From Methanotrichaceae archaeon (lineage in GTDB: Archaea > Halobacteriota > Methanosarcinia > Methanotrichales > Methanotrichaceae), in NCBI GenBank assembly GCA_963813075.1, contig CAWEXU010000031.1, forward strand, positions 5,481 through 69,480: a stretch of DNA of 64,000 nt, given 5' to 3'. Positions 44,142 to 55,296 of the stretch are shown here, one piece after another. Each line of letters starts with the position of its first letter. The first letter of the stretch is position 1. Position numbers and translations under genes: made by a program. The notes below the pieces were generated by a model. The model was not told the DNA's origin. It saw only the letters and a program-made list of their open reading frames with translations, and did no database searches.

Positions 44142-44927
44142 TCAGTTCACCTCAGTGGTCTCAAACAGATATGCCCCCAGAAACAGCATTGCTGCGCAGC
44201 ATACACCCAGAACGGCAAAATCGGTCAGGGGCGAGAATGCGCTTGTGCCGATCAGGCAGTACCTCAGTCCGTCCACACCATAGGTGAGGGGATTGAAATA
44301 AGCCAGGATCTTGATCATCTCCGGGAACTGGTCTAAGGGATAGAGCGCTCCGGAGAGGAAAAACAGCGGGAAGATCAGGAAGTTCATGATCAGGCTGAAG
44401 CCGGACATATCCTCCATCTTGGAGGCAAAGGCCAGGCCCAGGCCGATGAACGTCGTCGCTATGAGAACCATGAAGACCAAAGATAAAATTAGCCCCTGGA
44501 TGCTGGGAATTCTCATGCCCAGCAGTATCCCTAAGAGCAGTATGATCAGGGCCTGAAGAATGCCCGTGGTCAGGCCGCCGGCGGTCCGTCCCAGGACTAT
44601 TGCTATCCTGCTCACCGGCGATACCATGATCTCCTTTAAGAATCCAAACTCCCGATCCCAGAGGACGGACAGACCGGCAAATGTCGCCGAGAAGAGCAGG
44701 GTCATGCCGATGATTCCGGGAGTAAGAAAGCTCATATAGTCCACTCCTTCCGGAATCCCGGGAATTTTGCCAATATTGTTAAAGCCCATCCCCAGAAATG
44801 CCAGGAAGAAGAATGGGGAGGCGACCGAGCCGAACAGGCGGCTCTTGAGCCGGAAGAAGCGCAGCATCTCCCGAAGCCAGATGCTGTAGATGGCGTATAG
44901 ATCGCCCTTGATCGTCTCTGGGATCAT
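44142..44927 (-). CDS. ABC-2 permease (DrrB-like)
   Basis: DREFGFLKEIMVSP, FLSGALYP, NPLTYGVDGLR. Confidence 0.93.
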   Translation of the reverse strand: MIPETIKGDLYAIYSIWLREMLRFFRLKSRLFGSVASPFFFLAFLGMGFNNIGKIPGIPEGVDYMSFLTPGIIGMTLLFSATFAGLSVLWDREFGFLKEIMVSPVSRIAIVLGRTAGGLTTGILQALIILLLGILLGMRIPSIQGLILSLVFMVLIATTFIGLGLAFASKMEDMSGFSLIMNFLIFPLFFLSGALYPLDQFPEMIKILAYFNPLTYGVDGLRYCLIGTSAFSPLTDFAVLGVCCAAMLFLGAYLFETTEVN

Positions 44928-45982
44928 CTGCCACCTCTGGGGGGAGCCATCTCCGCCCTTTTATCTCTGCCGCCGTTCTCTTTTATCTTCTTGCCAGTGT
45001 ATTTGATGAAGACATCCTCCAGTGTGGGTTTGTGCAGACCGACAGAGTTTATGACCGCATTGTTCCTGGCGGCTTCGAGCACCACTTCTGCTATCCTGGA
45101 TTGGGCATGGTCCACATGAAGCTCCAGGCTTCCATTATCAGTGCAGATGGACTTGATCCAGGTGAATGACTCCAAAGACTGGATGAGAGCATCCCTGCCG
45201 CCATCAATCACCAGGGTTATGGTGTCCGAGCCGATGGTATCCTTGAGGTTCTCCGGCCTGTCCAGGGCTACGATCCTGCCCCGGTCCATGATGGCCACCC
45301 GGTCACAGAGAAAATCCGCCTCTTCCATGTAGTGGGTGGTGAGGATGATGGTCACATCCATCTCTTTGTTCATGCGGCGAATGTAATCCCAGATATAGCG
45401 CCTGGTCTGGGCATCAAGGCCGATGGTGGGCTCATCCAAAAAGAGGACATGAGGGCGGTGCATCAGTCCGCGGGCGATCTCCAGCCGGCGCTTCATGCCC
45501 CCGGAGTAGTCCTGCATCTGAGTGTCTGCCTTATCCTTCAGGTCGACCAGCTCCAGGACATCGGCAATTCGAGCCTTTCTGAGGGCAGCGTCCATTCCGT
45601 ACATCCGGCCGTGAAAGTCCAGGTTCTCTCTGCCGGTGAGCATGCCGTCAAGGGCAGGGTCCTGAAATACCACCCCGATAGAGGACCTTACCTCGGTTCT
45701 ATTCCGGACGATGTCGTAGCCCCAAACCCAGGCCTCGCCGGATGTGGGAGTTAGCATGGTGGTGAGCATCTTGATTATGGTGCTCTTCCCCGCTCCGTTA
45801 GCCCCGAGAAGGCCGAAGAGTTCACCCTTTTTGATCTCCAGATCTATGTTGTCTACAGCGATCGTATCGCCAAACCTTTTACTGAGACCCTTTACGGATA
45901 TTGCTGCGTCATCGACGGCTCTCGCAGGTATAGCCTCTCGCTTGGAATCCGATGCCGACTCTCTGCCCATCATCGCACCCAT
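44924..45982 (-). CDS. ABC ATP-binding protein (DrrA-like)
   Basis: GANGAGKST, YSGGMKRR, DEPT, PTLEDVF. Confidence 0.95.
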   Translation of the reverse strand: MGAMMGRESASDSKREAIPARAVDDAAISVKGLSKRFGDTIAVDNIDLEIKKGELFGLLGANGAGKSTIIKMLTTMLTPTSGEAWVWGYDIVRNRTEVRSSIGVVFQDPALDGMLTGRENLDFHGRMYGMDAALRKARIADVLELVDLKDKADTQMQDYSGGMKRRLEIARGLMHRPHVLFLDEPTIGLDAQTRRYIWDYIRRMNKEMDVTIILTTHYMEEADFLCDRVAIMDRGRIVALDRPENLKDTIGSDTITLVIDGGRDALIQSLESFTWIKSICTDNGSLELHVDHAQSRIAEVVLEAARNNAVINSVGLHKPTLEDVFIKYTGKKIKENGGRDKRAEMAPPRGGR

Positions 45983-45989
45983 CTATCTT

Positions 45990-46038
45990 CCCATCTTTCA
46001 TCCGTTATCTTCCATCTTTCATCCGTTATCTTCCATCT
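45990..46038. repeat. 21-bp tandem repeat
   Basis: CCATCTTTCATCCGTTATCTT twice plus a partial copy. Confidence 0.8.
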
Positions 46039-46330
46039 GTCATTATCATATTCAATCTGACCAGCCAGCACTTGAAGATATAAAAGATCAACGGATTTGG
46101 AATCAATTTATAAGTGTGGAGAGTATTCCCTTCTTTGCCGGGTGCAGAATGATAATCAACATCAAGCTCTGTGTTCAGAAAATTGGTTAAAAGGAAAAAT
46201 ATAAGTAAGCAATATACGGTTAATTAACCAGAATAAAGATGAATTAGAGCGGATGAATATAAATCTAATAAGAATTATTAAGTCTGATAAGGATAAAAGG
46301 CATATAGCATCAGGTACGGGAGGATAATCC

Positions 46331-49300
46331 ATGGACTATGTCAGGATCGGTGGAGTCTGTCTGCTTATTATGCTTCTAGCTGCAGCTCTGCCAGCAGATG
46401 TGTTGGCGCAAGCCTCTGAATCATCAAGCGAGGCGGCCCCAAGCATAAGCCATAGCCTGCTTTCAGGAAGCAGCGCACAGGAATCGACGATTTCAGCAGA
46501 AACACTGTCTAAACGAAACACCGGGCTCAAGCCTCTGGGAAGCAAGAGCAGCAGCACGCCATCCGCCGCTGCGGCAACGACACCCACAACCCAGGCTTCA
46601 CCTGCCCCGGCTGCGGCTCCGGTCCAGACGGCAGCCGCTACCGTCGCGGCAACGCCTGCACCGACGCCTGCGGCTACACCTGCAACAGCATCCCAGGTGA
46701 GCTCCTCCGAGCCGGTCCAGACGGCTTCAAGCTCGCAGGGGGCAGGCGCTACAGAGAGCGTTAGCACCTCTCAGGCGGAGTCCAGGATCGCAACCCCTTC
46801 GGTATCTGAGGAAACAATCACCCCAGACCAGATCGATCAGGCTGCCACGGATGCAGGCATCGATAGCACACCAACAGCCTCTGCCAGCACATCAGCTAGC
46901 AGCCCAACCACCCAGAGCTCAGCCTCCGCGAGCGGATCGACAAGCCAGACCGTCACTCCTCCGGAGGACGTCGCTGCGGGGACAATAATCTCGGGAACTG
47001 ATTCCGCTGCTGCTAACTCCACCGAGTCCAACCAAATCCAGGAGTCAGAGAACGCTTCTGATGAGCAATCAACTGAGGATCAGAGCGCAGAGAATGAGTC
47101 TGAGAACCAGAACGAGACCGAATCTGAAGAGACTGAGGAAGATGAGATAGAAGAGGGAGAGAACAGGATCTGGAGAGAGGGCGAGAGTGATTATCAATAT
47201 ACCTGGACGCCCAAGACTTTCTCTGGATTTTTCTATGACCTGGAGAATGAGGTGGGCACAGAAAGGCTCACAGTGGACCTGGAGCCCAATGAGAGGTCCC
47301 TTGAATCCGGCCAGCTGACCTATTCCACCCAGCCTGAGGTCACAGACTTCGAGTTTGATGACTGGGGAGAGTATGAGGTCATTGGCTTCATGGCTGAGAA
47401 GTACTTCGCGGGCTATAAGGCAAGCGACATCCTGAGTGATGATAGGAGCCTGATAAACGACGGCCAGCTCAGACGTGTACTGGTTGACAGCGACGAGGAG
47501 AAGACTGTGACCACCGGGTCAGTCCTTCCTCTGGAGGAGGGCTATGAGCTGCGCATCAAGCAGATCGATATCGACGGCAATAAGGTCTATATGGCCCTGG
47601 CCAAGGATGGAGATGAAATCGACAGCAAGGTCGTAGACCCAGGTAACCTTGATAGCTCCACTTACAATTACGAGGTTGATGTTGCCGGAGAAGATACGAC
47701 ACTGATCCTGGCCCATATAAACAATGTCTTTGCCAGCACCGAGTCCGCGCTGGTGACCATCGACGGCCTCTTCCAGATCTCTGATACCTATGCCTCGGTC
47801 GAGGACGGCGACAAATACGGCAAGATGGAGGTAAAGAGCGTTTCTGATGTAGGGGTTGAGATGGAAAACGAAGACTCCCTCACCTTGAGAAGAGGAAGCA
47901 CGGTGGAGATCTTCGGAGATGTCTCATTCCTGGTTGCTGATGCCGATGAGCTCCGGTTTGCCCCGTTTGTTGAGAAGACGGGAAGCTATGATGTCAGGGG
48001 CACAGTGATAGATCCCTCCGATACCTCCGAGTTCAAATGGGATCCTTACAACTTCGAGGGATTCTATTACGATATAGACGATGACGTCGGCACAGAGAAC
48101 TTGACGATGAGGATCAGTGGCGGCAACAAGATCGAAGAGGGAGATCTGGAATACACCACACAAGCCCAGCCGGTGAAGTTCGAGTTCAATGAATGGGGCA
48201 AATACGATGTCATCGGTTTCATGGCTGACAAGTACTTCGCTGGCTACAATGATGATACAGAGTTCACTGATGAGGCCAGCGTGATAGGCGAGGGCCAGCT
48301 GAGGCGTGTCTTGCTGGACAGCGACGACAGCCGCACCATTGCCAGCGGATCAGTCCTCTCGTTTGAGGAAGGCTATGAGCTGCGCATCAAGCAGGTGGAC
48401 CTGAACGGAAATAAGGTCTATCTCGCTTTGGCCAGGAACGGAGAAGAGGTTGACAGCAAGGTGGTCACCCCATCAAACGATCCCACTGACAGCTCGTCCA
48501 ACTACCTGTACAAGATAGATATGGGCGCAGAAAAGGATGTACCCCTCATTGCTGCCCATGTGGAAAGCGTGTTCAGGAGCACTGAATCAGACCTGGCCAC
48601 AGTGGACGCCATATTCCAGATATCCGATAGCCCCGAGTCGGTCGAAGAAGGGGAGATGCACGGCAAGATGAAGGTCGAGGCCCTGGATTATGACGGCATA
48701 ACCCTGGAAAATGACGGCACCATAAGCCTGTCCCGGGGCAAGGACGTCGATATCATGGACAACCTAAGGATTCAGGTTGCCGATAGCGATAAGAGGCTGC
48801 TGGCCCCCATTGCCACCAAGACATCTGAAGGGACGGATATGTCCTTGACGGTCTCGGATGCAGTTGTGGACAGTTCAACCAGGATCTCCGTCAAGTCCGG
48901 CACTGCGGCTCTATCCGGAGTGGCGATTTCCGTAGACGGAAGCACCATTGGGACCACGGACACATCTGGATCGATCAGCTACACCCCAACCAGCACAGGC
49001 ACATTGAATGTTGTCGCCAGGAAGACCGGCTACAAAGATGCTTCAGCCAGTATGGTGGTAAGAACGGCAGCCGAGGCCTCCAATGTTTCGGCGGCTCAAA
49101 GGGCCAATGTTACACTGGCCAATCAGCTGACCCTCAATGCCCCGGCAGAGGTGGCAGCAGGAGAGAACTTCCTGATAACCATTACCGAGGGCATAAACCA
49201 GACGCCTGTGGCAGGAGCACAGATCCTGCTGGATGACAGTAGGATTGGAAACACCAGCTCTCAGGGTACCTTCACCTATGCGGTTAATTTCACAGGAGAG

Positions 49301-49762
49301 CATTCGCTGAAGGCTGAGAAGGAGGGCTACAATTCCGCCAGCAAAAAGGTATTGGTGACCTCTGCAATGGAGATCCTGGAGCTGAACCTGCCGGAGACTG
49401 CTAATGCTGGGCAGACCATGAAGATCTCGGCCGTGGTGCAGAACGCTGGCCTTGAGGAGGATACCATCACCCTCAATCTGATGGTAAACGACACCCTTGC
49501 CGAGAGCAAGAATGTGACTGTCGACGGGGGCGAGAACAGCACGGTGCAGTTCAGCTTCAAGCCAGATGAGACGGGATTGCACAGATTCAGCCTGGATGGG
49601 AAGACCGGAACGGTGAACGTGGAGGAGGCGCAGGCTCAAAATTGGCTTATCATCCTGATCCTCGTTCTGCTCATTGCCATCGTGGCAGCGATTTATCTGT
49701 ACATGACCGGAGAGCTGGACAAATTGCAGCGGCAGATAAAGAGAATGATGCAGGGGCGATAA
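46331..49762 (+). CDS. Methanosarcinales S-layer domain protein: two S-layer domains, Ig/CARDB domains, C-terminal TM
   Basis: Signal peptide, A/S/T/P-rich linker, duplicated W.P..F.GF.YD....GTE / IGFMA.KYFAGY domains. Confidence 0.92.
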   Translation: MDYVRIGGVCLLIMLLAAALPADVLAQASESSSEAAPSISHSLLSGSSAQESTISAETLSKRNTGLKPLGSKSSSTPSAAAATTPTTQASPAPAAAPVQTAAATVAATPAPTPAATPATASQVSSSEPVQTASSSQGAGATESVSTSQAESRIATPSVSEETITPDQIDQAATDAGIDSTPTASASTSASSPTTQSSASASGSTSQTVTPPEDVAAGTIISGTDSAAANSTESNQIQESENASDEQSTEDQSAENESENQNETESEETEEDEIEEGENRIWREGESDYQYTWTPKTFSGFFYDLENEVGTERLTVDLEPNERSLESGQLTYSTQPEVTDFEFDDWGEYEVIGFMAEKYFAGYKASDILSDDRSLINDGQLRRVLVDSDEEKTVTTGSVLPLEEGYELRIKQIDIDGNKVYMALAKDGDEIDSKVVDPGNLDSSTYNYEVDVAGEDTTLILAHINNVFASTESALVTIDGLFQISDTYASVEDGDKYGKMEVKSVSDVGVEMENEDSLTLRRGSTVEIFGDVSFLVADADELRFAPFVEKTGSYDVRGTVIDPSDTSEFKWDPYNFEGFYYDIDDDVGTENLTMRISGGNKIEEGDLEYTTQAQPVKFEFNEWGKYDVIGFMADKYFAGYNDDTEFTDEASVIGEGQLRRVLLDSDDSRTIASGSVLSFEEGYELRIKQVDLNGNKVYLALARNGEEVDSKVVTPSNDPTDSSSNYLYKIDMGAEKDVPLIAAHVESVFRSTESDLATVDAIFQISDSPESVEEGEMHGKMKVEALDYDGITLENDGTISLSRGKDVDIMDNLRIQVADSDKRLLAPIATKTSEGTDMSLTVSDAVVDSSTRISVKSGTAALSGVAISVDGSTIGTTDTSGSISYTPTSTGTLNVVARKTGYKDASASMVVRTAAEASNVSAAQRANVTLANQLTLNAPAEVAAGENFLITITEGINQTPVAGAQILLDDSRIGNTSSQGTFTYAVNFTGEHSLKAEKEGYNSASKKVLVTSAMEILELNLPETANAGQTMKISAVVQNAGLEEDTITLNLMVNDTLAESKNVTVDGGENSTVQFSFKPDETGLHRFSLDGKTGTVNVEEAQAQNWLIILILVLLIAIVAAIYLYMTGELDKLQRQIKRMMQGR

Positions 49763-49798
49763 AACTCGCTCCTTCATCTTTTTTTTAAAACAAAAAAA

Positions 49799-50128
49799 CT
49801 ATTTTTCAAACACTTCGTTCATTATCTTCATGCCCTTGGTGAAAGGCGGCATTCCTGATGTCAGGAGAACTACCCTCAGGACGTCGACTATCTCATCCTT
49901 GGTGACGCCAAACTCCTTTATGGCGCTGATCATCTGTTTCTTGGTAGCTCTATCATCGGAAGCAGCGGCGTTGATCCCCAGGGCGATGAGCTTCTGAGTC
50001 CTGTAGTCCAGGACCTTGCCGGTGTAAGTGGCCTCGTTCAGAGCCACTATAGCATCGTACAGATCCGGATAGTCCTTCTTTACCGTGGCCATACCTTCGC
50101 CGAAGAATACCTGTTCTTTCATTTTCAA
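49799..50128 (-). CDS. Carboxymuconolactone decarboxylase family protein
   Basis: LDYRTQKLIALG...GVTKDEI. Confidence 0.85.
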   Translation of the reverse strand: MKMKEQVFFGEGMATVKKDYPDLYDAIVALNEATYTGKVLDYRTQKLIALGINAAASDDRATKKQMISAIKEFGVTKDEIVDVLRVVLLTSGMPPFTKGMKIMNEVFEK

Positions 50129-50460
50129 TTCACCAATCGTTCTACTACCTTCATGGAGTTATAGATTGCTCTGAAAAGACCTTCCGGTCAGCCTCAGTTC
50201 CTCGCTTCATCGGCAAGGCATCGAGCAGGTCACTCTTTTGTGAGCGCCAACCCAGACATGCTGGATATCTGGAAAAATTTGCCTTTCGAAGGATAATTCG
50301 GATGGATAAAGCGCTCCTCATATATATTCATTTTATTTTATTAATTATTTCAGGTAACAAACTATTGATTCCTATTTTGCGGGATCCAATACTAGTAAAA
50401 TTTATTTAAATTATTTTAATGATACGATCGGAAATAACTTATATCTAAAGGACTTGAAAA

Positions 50461-52986
50461 GTGTGTTTCCCGAAAAGGTGCCTGGCCATGAGCAGCAGAA
50501 TAGACCAAATTGATATCTTCCGCATGATATCTGAGATCCAAAAAAGGCTGGACGATCCTGGCATAAGGGACTTGATCGGTCAGAGCAATGCGAATGAGAC
50601 CCTATCTGATGCCCTGAGTCGGATTTTAATGGTGCTGGAAGATCTATCCGCTGATATTGCGCCAAGTGGCAGAAAATCAGGGCGAGATAATGATGGGAGA
50701 ACCGGGCCCGCAGGCAATGCCCTGGATTTCAGGACTCCAATGCTGGCCCACATCAACAGAGATCTGAACTACCTTTTTGTCAATCAATCCTACGCCGATT
50801 GGCTGGGTCTTGGCTGTTCAGAAATAGTGGGCAGGCATATCTCTGAGGTATTGCCAAAGGATTGCTACCAGGCGTCTCTTCCTCACATCCAGCGAGTTCT
50901 CCGGGGCGAAGAGGTGATCTATAGCATAACCATACCCGCAGGAGACCGGCTGATATATCTGGATATTAGCCTTATCCCCCAATTTGACAGTTCCGGCTCT
51001 GTGTCGGCATTTTGTACCGCTATCCGGGATGTAACCAAAGAGAGGCTTGCAGAAAAAGAGCTGCACAGATCAAGGATGGAGCTTGAGCAAAAAGCAGCGA
51101 CCAGGACAGAAGAGCTCAAGGTGGCATGCGAGGCTCTGGAGAAATCAAGAGACTATCTGGAATTGATAATCAACTCCATCAGCGACCCCATATTCGTGAT
51201 GGACAGAAAGCATCGTCTGGTCCTGGTCAATGCCGCCATTTGCAGGCTCATGGGCCTCTCTAAAGAGGACCTCCTGGGCAAGACCGCCCACGATCTTTCT
51301 TTCTCCAGGGAGATAGCGGACAGCTACTGGCAGAGAAATGAAGAGGTCTTCACCAATTTCAGGGAAGGTGTGGTTGAGGAGGCGCACGACCATTTTCCCT
51401 CTGCTCCAGCCAGGGTTCTTATCAAGAGGATACCCATCAATGATTCTGAAGGAAACAGGCTGCTGGTGGGCATAATCAGAGATATAACTGATATCAAGAT
51501 GGCTCAGGATAGGATACGCTTCCAGGCCGATCTCCTGGAGCAGGTTCATAACACCGTGATCGCAGTGGACCTGGAAGGCAATATAACCTACTGGAATAAG
51601 TTTGCGGAGACGCTCTTAGGATGGAAAGCCTGGGAGGTTCTGGGCAAAAATATTGCGGAGACAGTGGTGCCGGAATGGGGACTGGAGCGGATGAAAAGAG
51701 TGACCAAAGAGCTCATCAAGGACGCCAGCAGCTGTGAGGGAGAGTTCAGCTTCAAGACGAAGGATGGCAGCACCCTGCCCTTCCATCAGTGCTTCAGCAG
51801 GATTAATAATGAGCGGGGGGAAACGGTCGGCCTGGTGGGTGTGGCAGTTGACCTGACCGAACGCAAGCAGGCAGAAGAGGCTCTGATCAGAGCAAAGATG
51901 GTTGCAGAAGATGCCACCAGCGCAAAATCAGATTTTCTGGCCAATATGTCCCATGAGATCAGAACTCCCCTTAATGCCATAATAGGCATGACCAGCCTCC
52001 TTTTTGAGGAGCCGCTGACGAATGAGCAAAGAGACTATATTGAGGTCATATCCACCAATGGCGAAGCGCTTTTGACAGTCATCAATGATATTCTGGACTA
52101 TTCCAAGATCGAAAGCAACAGAACGATCCTGGAGGACAATCAGTTCGACCTCCGCCAGTGCGTTGAGGAATCCCTGGACCTCGTGGGCATAAATGCCGCC
52201 AGAAAAGGGGTAAACCTGGCCTGTACAATCGATAAGAATGTCCCTGAGAGGATCATGGGCGACGCGGGAAAGCTCAGACAGGTGCTTGGGAACCTGCTTT
52301 CCAATGCGGTCAAGTTCACAGATAATGGAGAGGTCGTAGTCTCCGTCTCCAGTAAGATGATCGACGAGGCCTGTGAGATCCATTTCACGGTGAAGGATAC
52401 GGGAATTGGCATCTGTGAGGATCACATGAAGCTTCTCTTCCAGCCATTCCGCCAGATGGAGCCGTCGACTTCCCGGTTGTACGGCGGGACGGGCCTCGGC
52501 CTGGCCATATCCAGAAAGCTGGTGGAGATGATGAAAGGCGAAATCTGGGCGGAGTCCGTGGAAGGAAAAGGCTCCAGGTTTCATTTCACCATCAAAGCCC
52601 TTCCCGGGACGCAAGAGCCGGATCCTCTGAGTTCATCACCTCAGATGATAAACAAAAAGGTCCTGATAGTCCAGGATAATAAGACCAACCGCCGTATCCT
52701 GGCTAAACAGATATACGACTGGGGCATGGTGCCCTTGATTGCCGCATCCGGCCAGGAGGCACTGCAATACATCCGGCGGGGGGACGAGTTTGATATCGTT
52801 ATCCTGGACATGGATCTGAAGGATATGGGCGGCCTGGAACTGGCAGAAAAGATTAAGGGGTGCAAGAGGAGATTGCCCATTCTGCTGCTCGTCTCTCTGG
52901 GAAAACAGGTGCCATCCGGTTATAGCTATCTGACAAAACCCCTCAAGCCGGCTCAGTTGAATCGGGCCTTAAATGACATCTTTTAG
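50461..52986 (+). CDS. Multi-PAS hybrid histidine kinase with receiver domain
   Basis: Three PAS domains, SHEIRTPLN, NAVKFT, DTGIG, GTGLGL, C-terminal REC. Confidence 0.95.
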   Translation: MCFPKRCLAMSSRIDQIDIFRMISEIQKRLDDPGIRDLIGQSNANETLSDALSRILMVLEDLSADIAPSGRKSGRDNDGRTGPAGNALDFRTPMLAHINRDLNYLFVNQSYADWLGLGCSEIVGRHISEVLPKDCYQASLPHIQRVLRGEEVIYSITIPAGDRLIYLDISLIPQFDSSGSVSAFCTAIRDVTKERLAEKELHRSRMELEQKAATRTEELKVACEALEKSRDYLELIINSISDPIFVMDRKHRLVLVNAAICRLMGLSKEDLLGKTAHDLSFSREIADSYWQRNEEVFTNFREGVVEEAHDHFPSAPARVLIKRIPINDSEGNRLLVGIIRDITDIKMAQDRIRFQADLLEQVHNTVIAVDLEGNITYWNKFAETLLGWKAWEVLGKNIAETVVPEWGLERMKRVTKELIKDASSCEGEFSFKTKDGSTLPFHQCFSRINNERGETVGLVGVAVDLTERKQAEEALIRAKMVAEDATSAKSDFLANMSHEIRTPLNAIIGMTSLLFEEPLTNEQRDYIEVISTNGEALLTVINDILDYSKIESNRTILEDNQFDLRQCVEESLDLVGINAARKGVNLACTIDKNVPERIMGDAGKLRQVLGNLLSNAVKFTDNGEVVVSVSSKMIDEACEIHFTVKDTGIGICEDHMKLLFQPFRQMEPSTSRLYGGTGLGLAISRKLVEMMKGEIWAESVEGKGSRFHFTIKALPGTQEPDPLSSSPQMINKKVLIVQDNKTNRRILAKQIYDWGMVPLIAASGQEALQYIRRGDEFDIVILDMDLKDMGGLELAEKIKGCKRRLPILLLVSLGKQVPSGYSYLTKPLKPAQLNRALNDIF

Positions 52987-53027
52987 ATGACAATTTTTAA
53001 TAGCATGCTCTTTCATAACCAATCTGC

Positions 53028-54041
53028 ATGAGAAGCTTTCCCAGGCCGAGGATAGTTGTGAGCCGGTGCATAGAGTTTGATCATTGCCGGTATGATGGCA
53101 GCATGATACCAAGCGATTTTGTTGCCGCTCTCAAGCCTTATGCGGACTTCGTGCCCGTATGTGCGGAGATGGAGATAGGCCTGGGGGTGCCCAGGAACAC
53201 CATCCGGATTGTGTCCATAAAAGGGGAGCCCAGGCTCATCCAGCCGGCCACCGGCCTGGATGTGACCGATAAGATGTTATCGTTCTCCAAAAGCTTCCTG
53301 GATTCGCTATCGGAGATAGACGGATTTATTCTGAAGTTCCGCTCGCCATCCTGCGGCATGAAGGATATCAAGGTCTATTCCGGTCCTGATAAGTCCAGTT
53401 CGGTAGCTAAAACAGCGGGCTTTTTCGGCGGGGCTGCTGTCAAAAGATATCCTGACCTGGCCATTGAGGATGAAGGCAGGCTGAGAAACAACAACCTAAG
53501 AGAGCATTTTCTGACCAGGATATTCACCCTGGCCGCCTTCAGAAAGGCAGAACAGGATGCCAGTGCCTCAGCGCTCCTCGGGTTTCATACCGCCAACAAA
53601 CTGCTGCTGGCAGCCCATAGCCAGAAAGAGTTGAAGGTCCTGGGAAATATTGTGGCCAACCGGGAGAAGCGGAATATCTCTCCGCTCATGACAGAGTACC
53701 GGGAGCATCTTTCCATAGCCATGATGAGGCCTCCCAGGTACACCTCCAAAGCCAATGTGCTCATGCACTCTCTGGGATACTTCTCTCCTGAGCTGTCAGC
53801 GGAAGAGAAGGCCTTCTTCCTGCAGAGCATTGAGAAGTACAAGCAGAAGAAAATCCCGTTCAGCGCGCCTCTATCCGTTCTGCAGAGCTGGATTGCCCGC
53901 TTTGATGAGGATTATTTGAAAAACCAGACCTTTTTCGCGCCTTTTCCCGAGGAGCTGATAGAGCTCTGCCGGGACACTCAATGTGAATGGGCGGGAACTG
54001 ACTTATTTGAAGGGAGAAAGGCGGGCAGAGGACCTGGGTGA
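53028..54041 (+). CDS. DUF523 (2-thiouracil desulfurase-like) + DUF1722/YbgA protein
   Basis: CRYDG, VCAEMEIGLGVPR, SPSCG, EDEGRL, FHTANK. Confidence 0.9.
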   Translation: MRSFPRPRIVVSRCIEFDHCRYDGSMIPSDFVAALKPYADFVPVCAEMEIGLGVPRNTIRIVSIKGEPRLIQPATGLDVTDKMLSFSKSFLDSLSEIDGFILKFRSPSCGMKDIKVYSGPDKSSSVAKTAGFFGGAAVKRYPDLAIEDEGRLRNNNLREHFLTRIFTLAAFRKAEQDASASALLGFHTANKLLLAAHSQKELKVLGNIVANREKRNISPLMTEYREHLSIAMMRPPRYTSKANVLMHSLGYFSPELSAEEKAFFLQSIEKYKQKKIPFSAPLSVLQSWIARFDEDYLKNQTFFAPFPEELIELCRDTQCEWAGTDLFEGRKAGRGPG

Positions 54042-54102
54042 TTGGGGAGCTTGACGGATGATCTTATGCATTGCATTCTATCATCAATGCATTCCATCAT
54101 CA

Positions 54103-54354
54103 TCATTTCATTTTATGATCCAGCCTCTCTTTACCGGATTGACATACTGATGGCATCCAGTCTCTTTTAATCCAATTGACCTTTTCCGGAATCTCTGCTT
54201 TGCCGCACAGCACATTCTTGGTTATGCCGATGGTGGGCAGATCGAGCAGAACCCCGATGAACGAGGCCAGTCCCGCAATCCGGGGATGATTTATGCCGCA
54301 GCCATCAAAGAAACTCAGTAGGGAAAGGCCTCGGGCATAGTACAGCAAGCCCAA
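54103..54354 (-). pseudogene. nfi: Endonuclease V fragment
   Basis: DGCGINHPR.AGLASFIGVLLDLPTIG.TK; both ends missing. Confidence 0.8.
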
Positions 54355-54427
54355 TCTACCTCCTCCATAGACTGATTGAGCAGCACCGCTCCTGATATGA
54401 TCAGGCGGTCCAGAAAGCTATCAATAA

Positions 54428-55186
54428 TCAATCTTCCAGGGCGATCACCCTTCCTGATCCGCTGATGGTCCTGCTGACAATTTCGGGATTTCCCTTGTAG
54501 TAGAGGCTTCCGCTGCCGCTTACCAGTGAGTTCAGCTCGTCTCTGACATCCAATTCCGCTATTCCTGAGCCGCTGATGGTAACCCTGGACCGGTTGGTCT
54601 GGAGGTCATAGCCGTGCAGCGCCCCCGAGCCGCTGATCACAATATCGCTCTTTGCTGTCTCTCCTTTTAAGTGGACTCCGCCCGAGCCGGATATTATCGC
54701 TTGTAGATCCTGGCAGACAGTATTCAGTTCCATGTTTCCTGAACCGCTTACTCTGAGGTTTAGGGCATCGGACTCTATTGGGGAAAGGCTGATGACCCTC
54801 CCGGAGCCGCTGATGCTCAAGCTCTCAATTTCCGGATTGGATACAAAGATCTTAATGGGCATATTAGGGTTGATGCATCTCGCTTTATGATAAACTTTGA
54901 GCGTTCCGCCACCTACTTCCGTTTTTATCTCCTGAATTATATTGTCTTCTGCCTCTATTCTCAAATGTTTTTTCTCCTGGGTGAGGTAGACATCACCGAT
55001 TCCCGATAGATCTATGCTGCTGAAGTCGTCTACTGTCCTGTTCTCGGAGGTATAGTTGCCTGATCCGTGGATGCAGCCGGGCATGATGCACCCCGGAATG
55101 GTGCTGCTGATAAAAACCAATATTACTGTGCATAAGAGGATGATCTGCTCGATCAATGGCTTCATGATTTTCACCTTATCATGCAC
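54428..55186 (-). CDS. GIN-domain (DUF2807) putative adhesin/lipoprotein
   Basis: Repeated ISGSG units, Y.GNP. Confidence 0.9.
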   Translation of the reverse strand: MHDKVKIMKPLIEQIILLCTVILVFISSTIPGCIMPGCIHGSGNYTSENRTVDDFSSIDLSGIGDVYLTQEKKHLRIEAEDNIIQEIKTEVGGGTLKVYHKARCINPNMPIKIFVSNPEIESLSISGSGRVISLSPIESDALNLRVSGSGNMELNTVCQDLQAIISGSGGVHLKGETAKSDIVISGSGALHGYDLQTNRSRVTISGSGIAELDVRDELNSLVSGSGSLYYKGNPEIVSRTISGSGRVIALED

Positions 55187-55296
55187 TATATGCGTCTTAT
55201 CTTTTAAATAATATTTGGGATTCGAGCGTGGCGGTCAAGTAGGCGATCAACTTTACTATTGAGCTATCAATAAAAAGAATCGGGGATGACAATTGC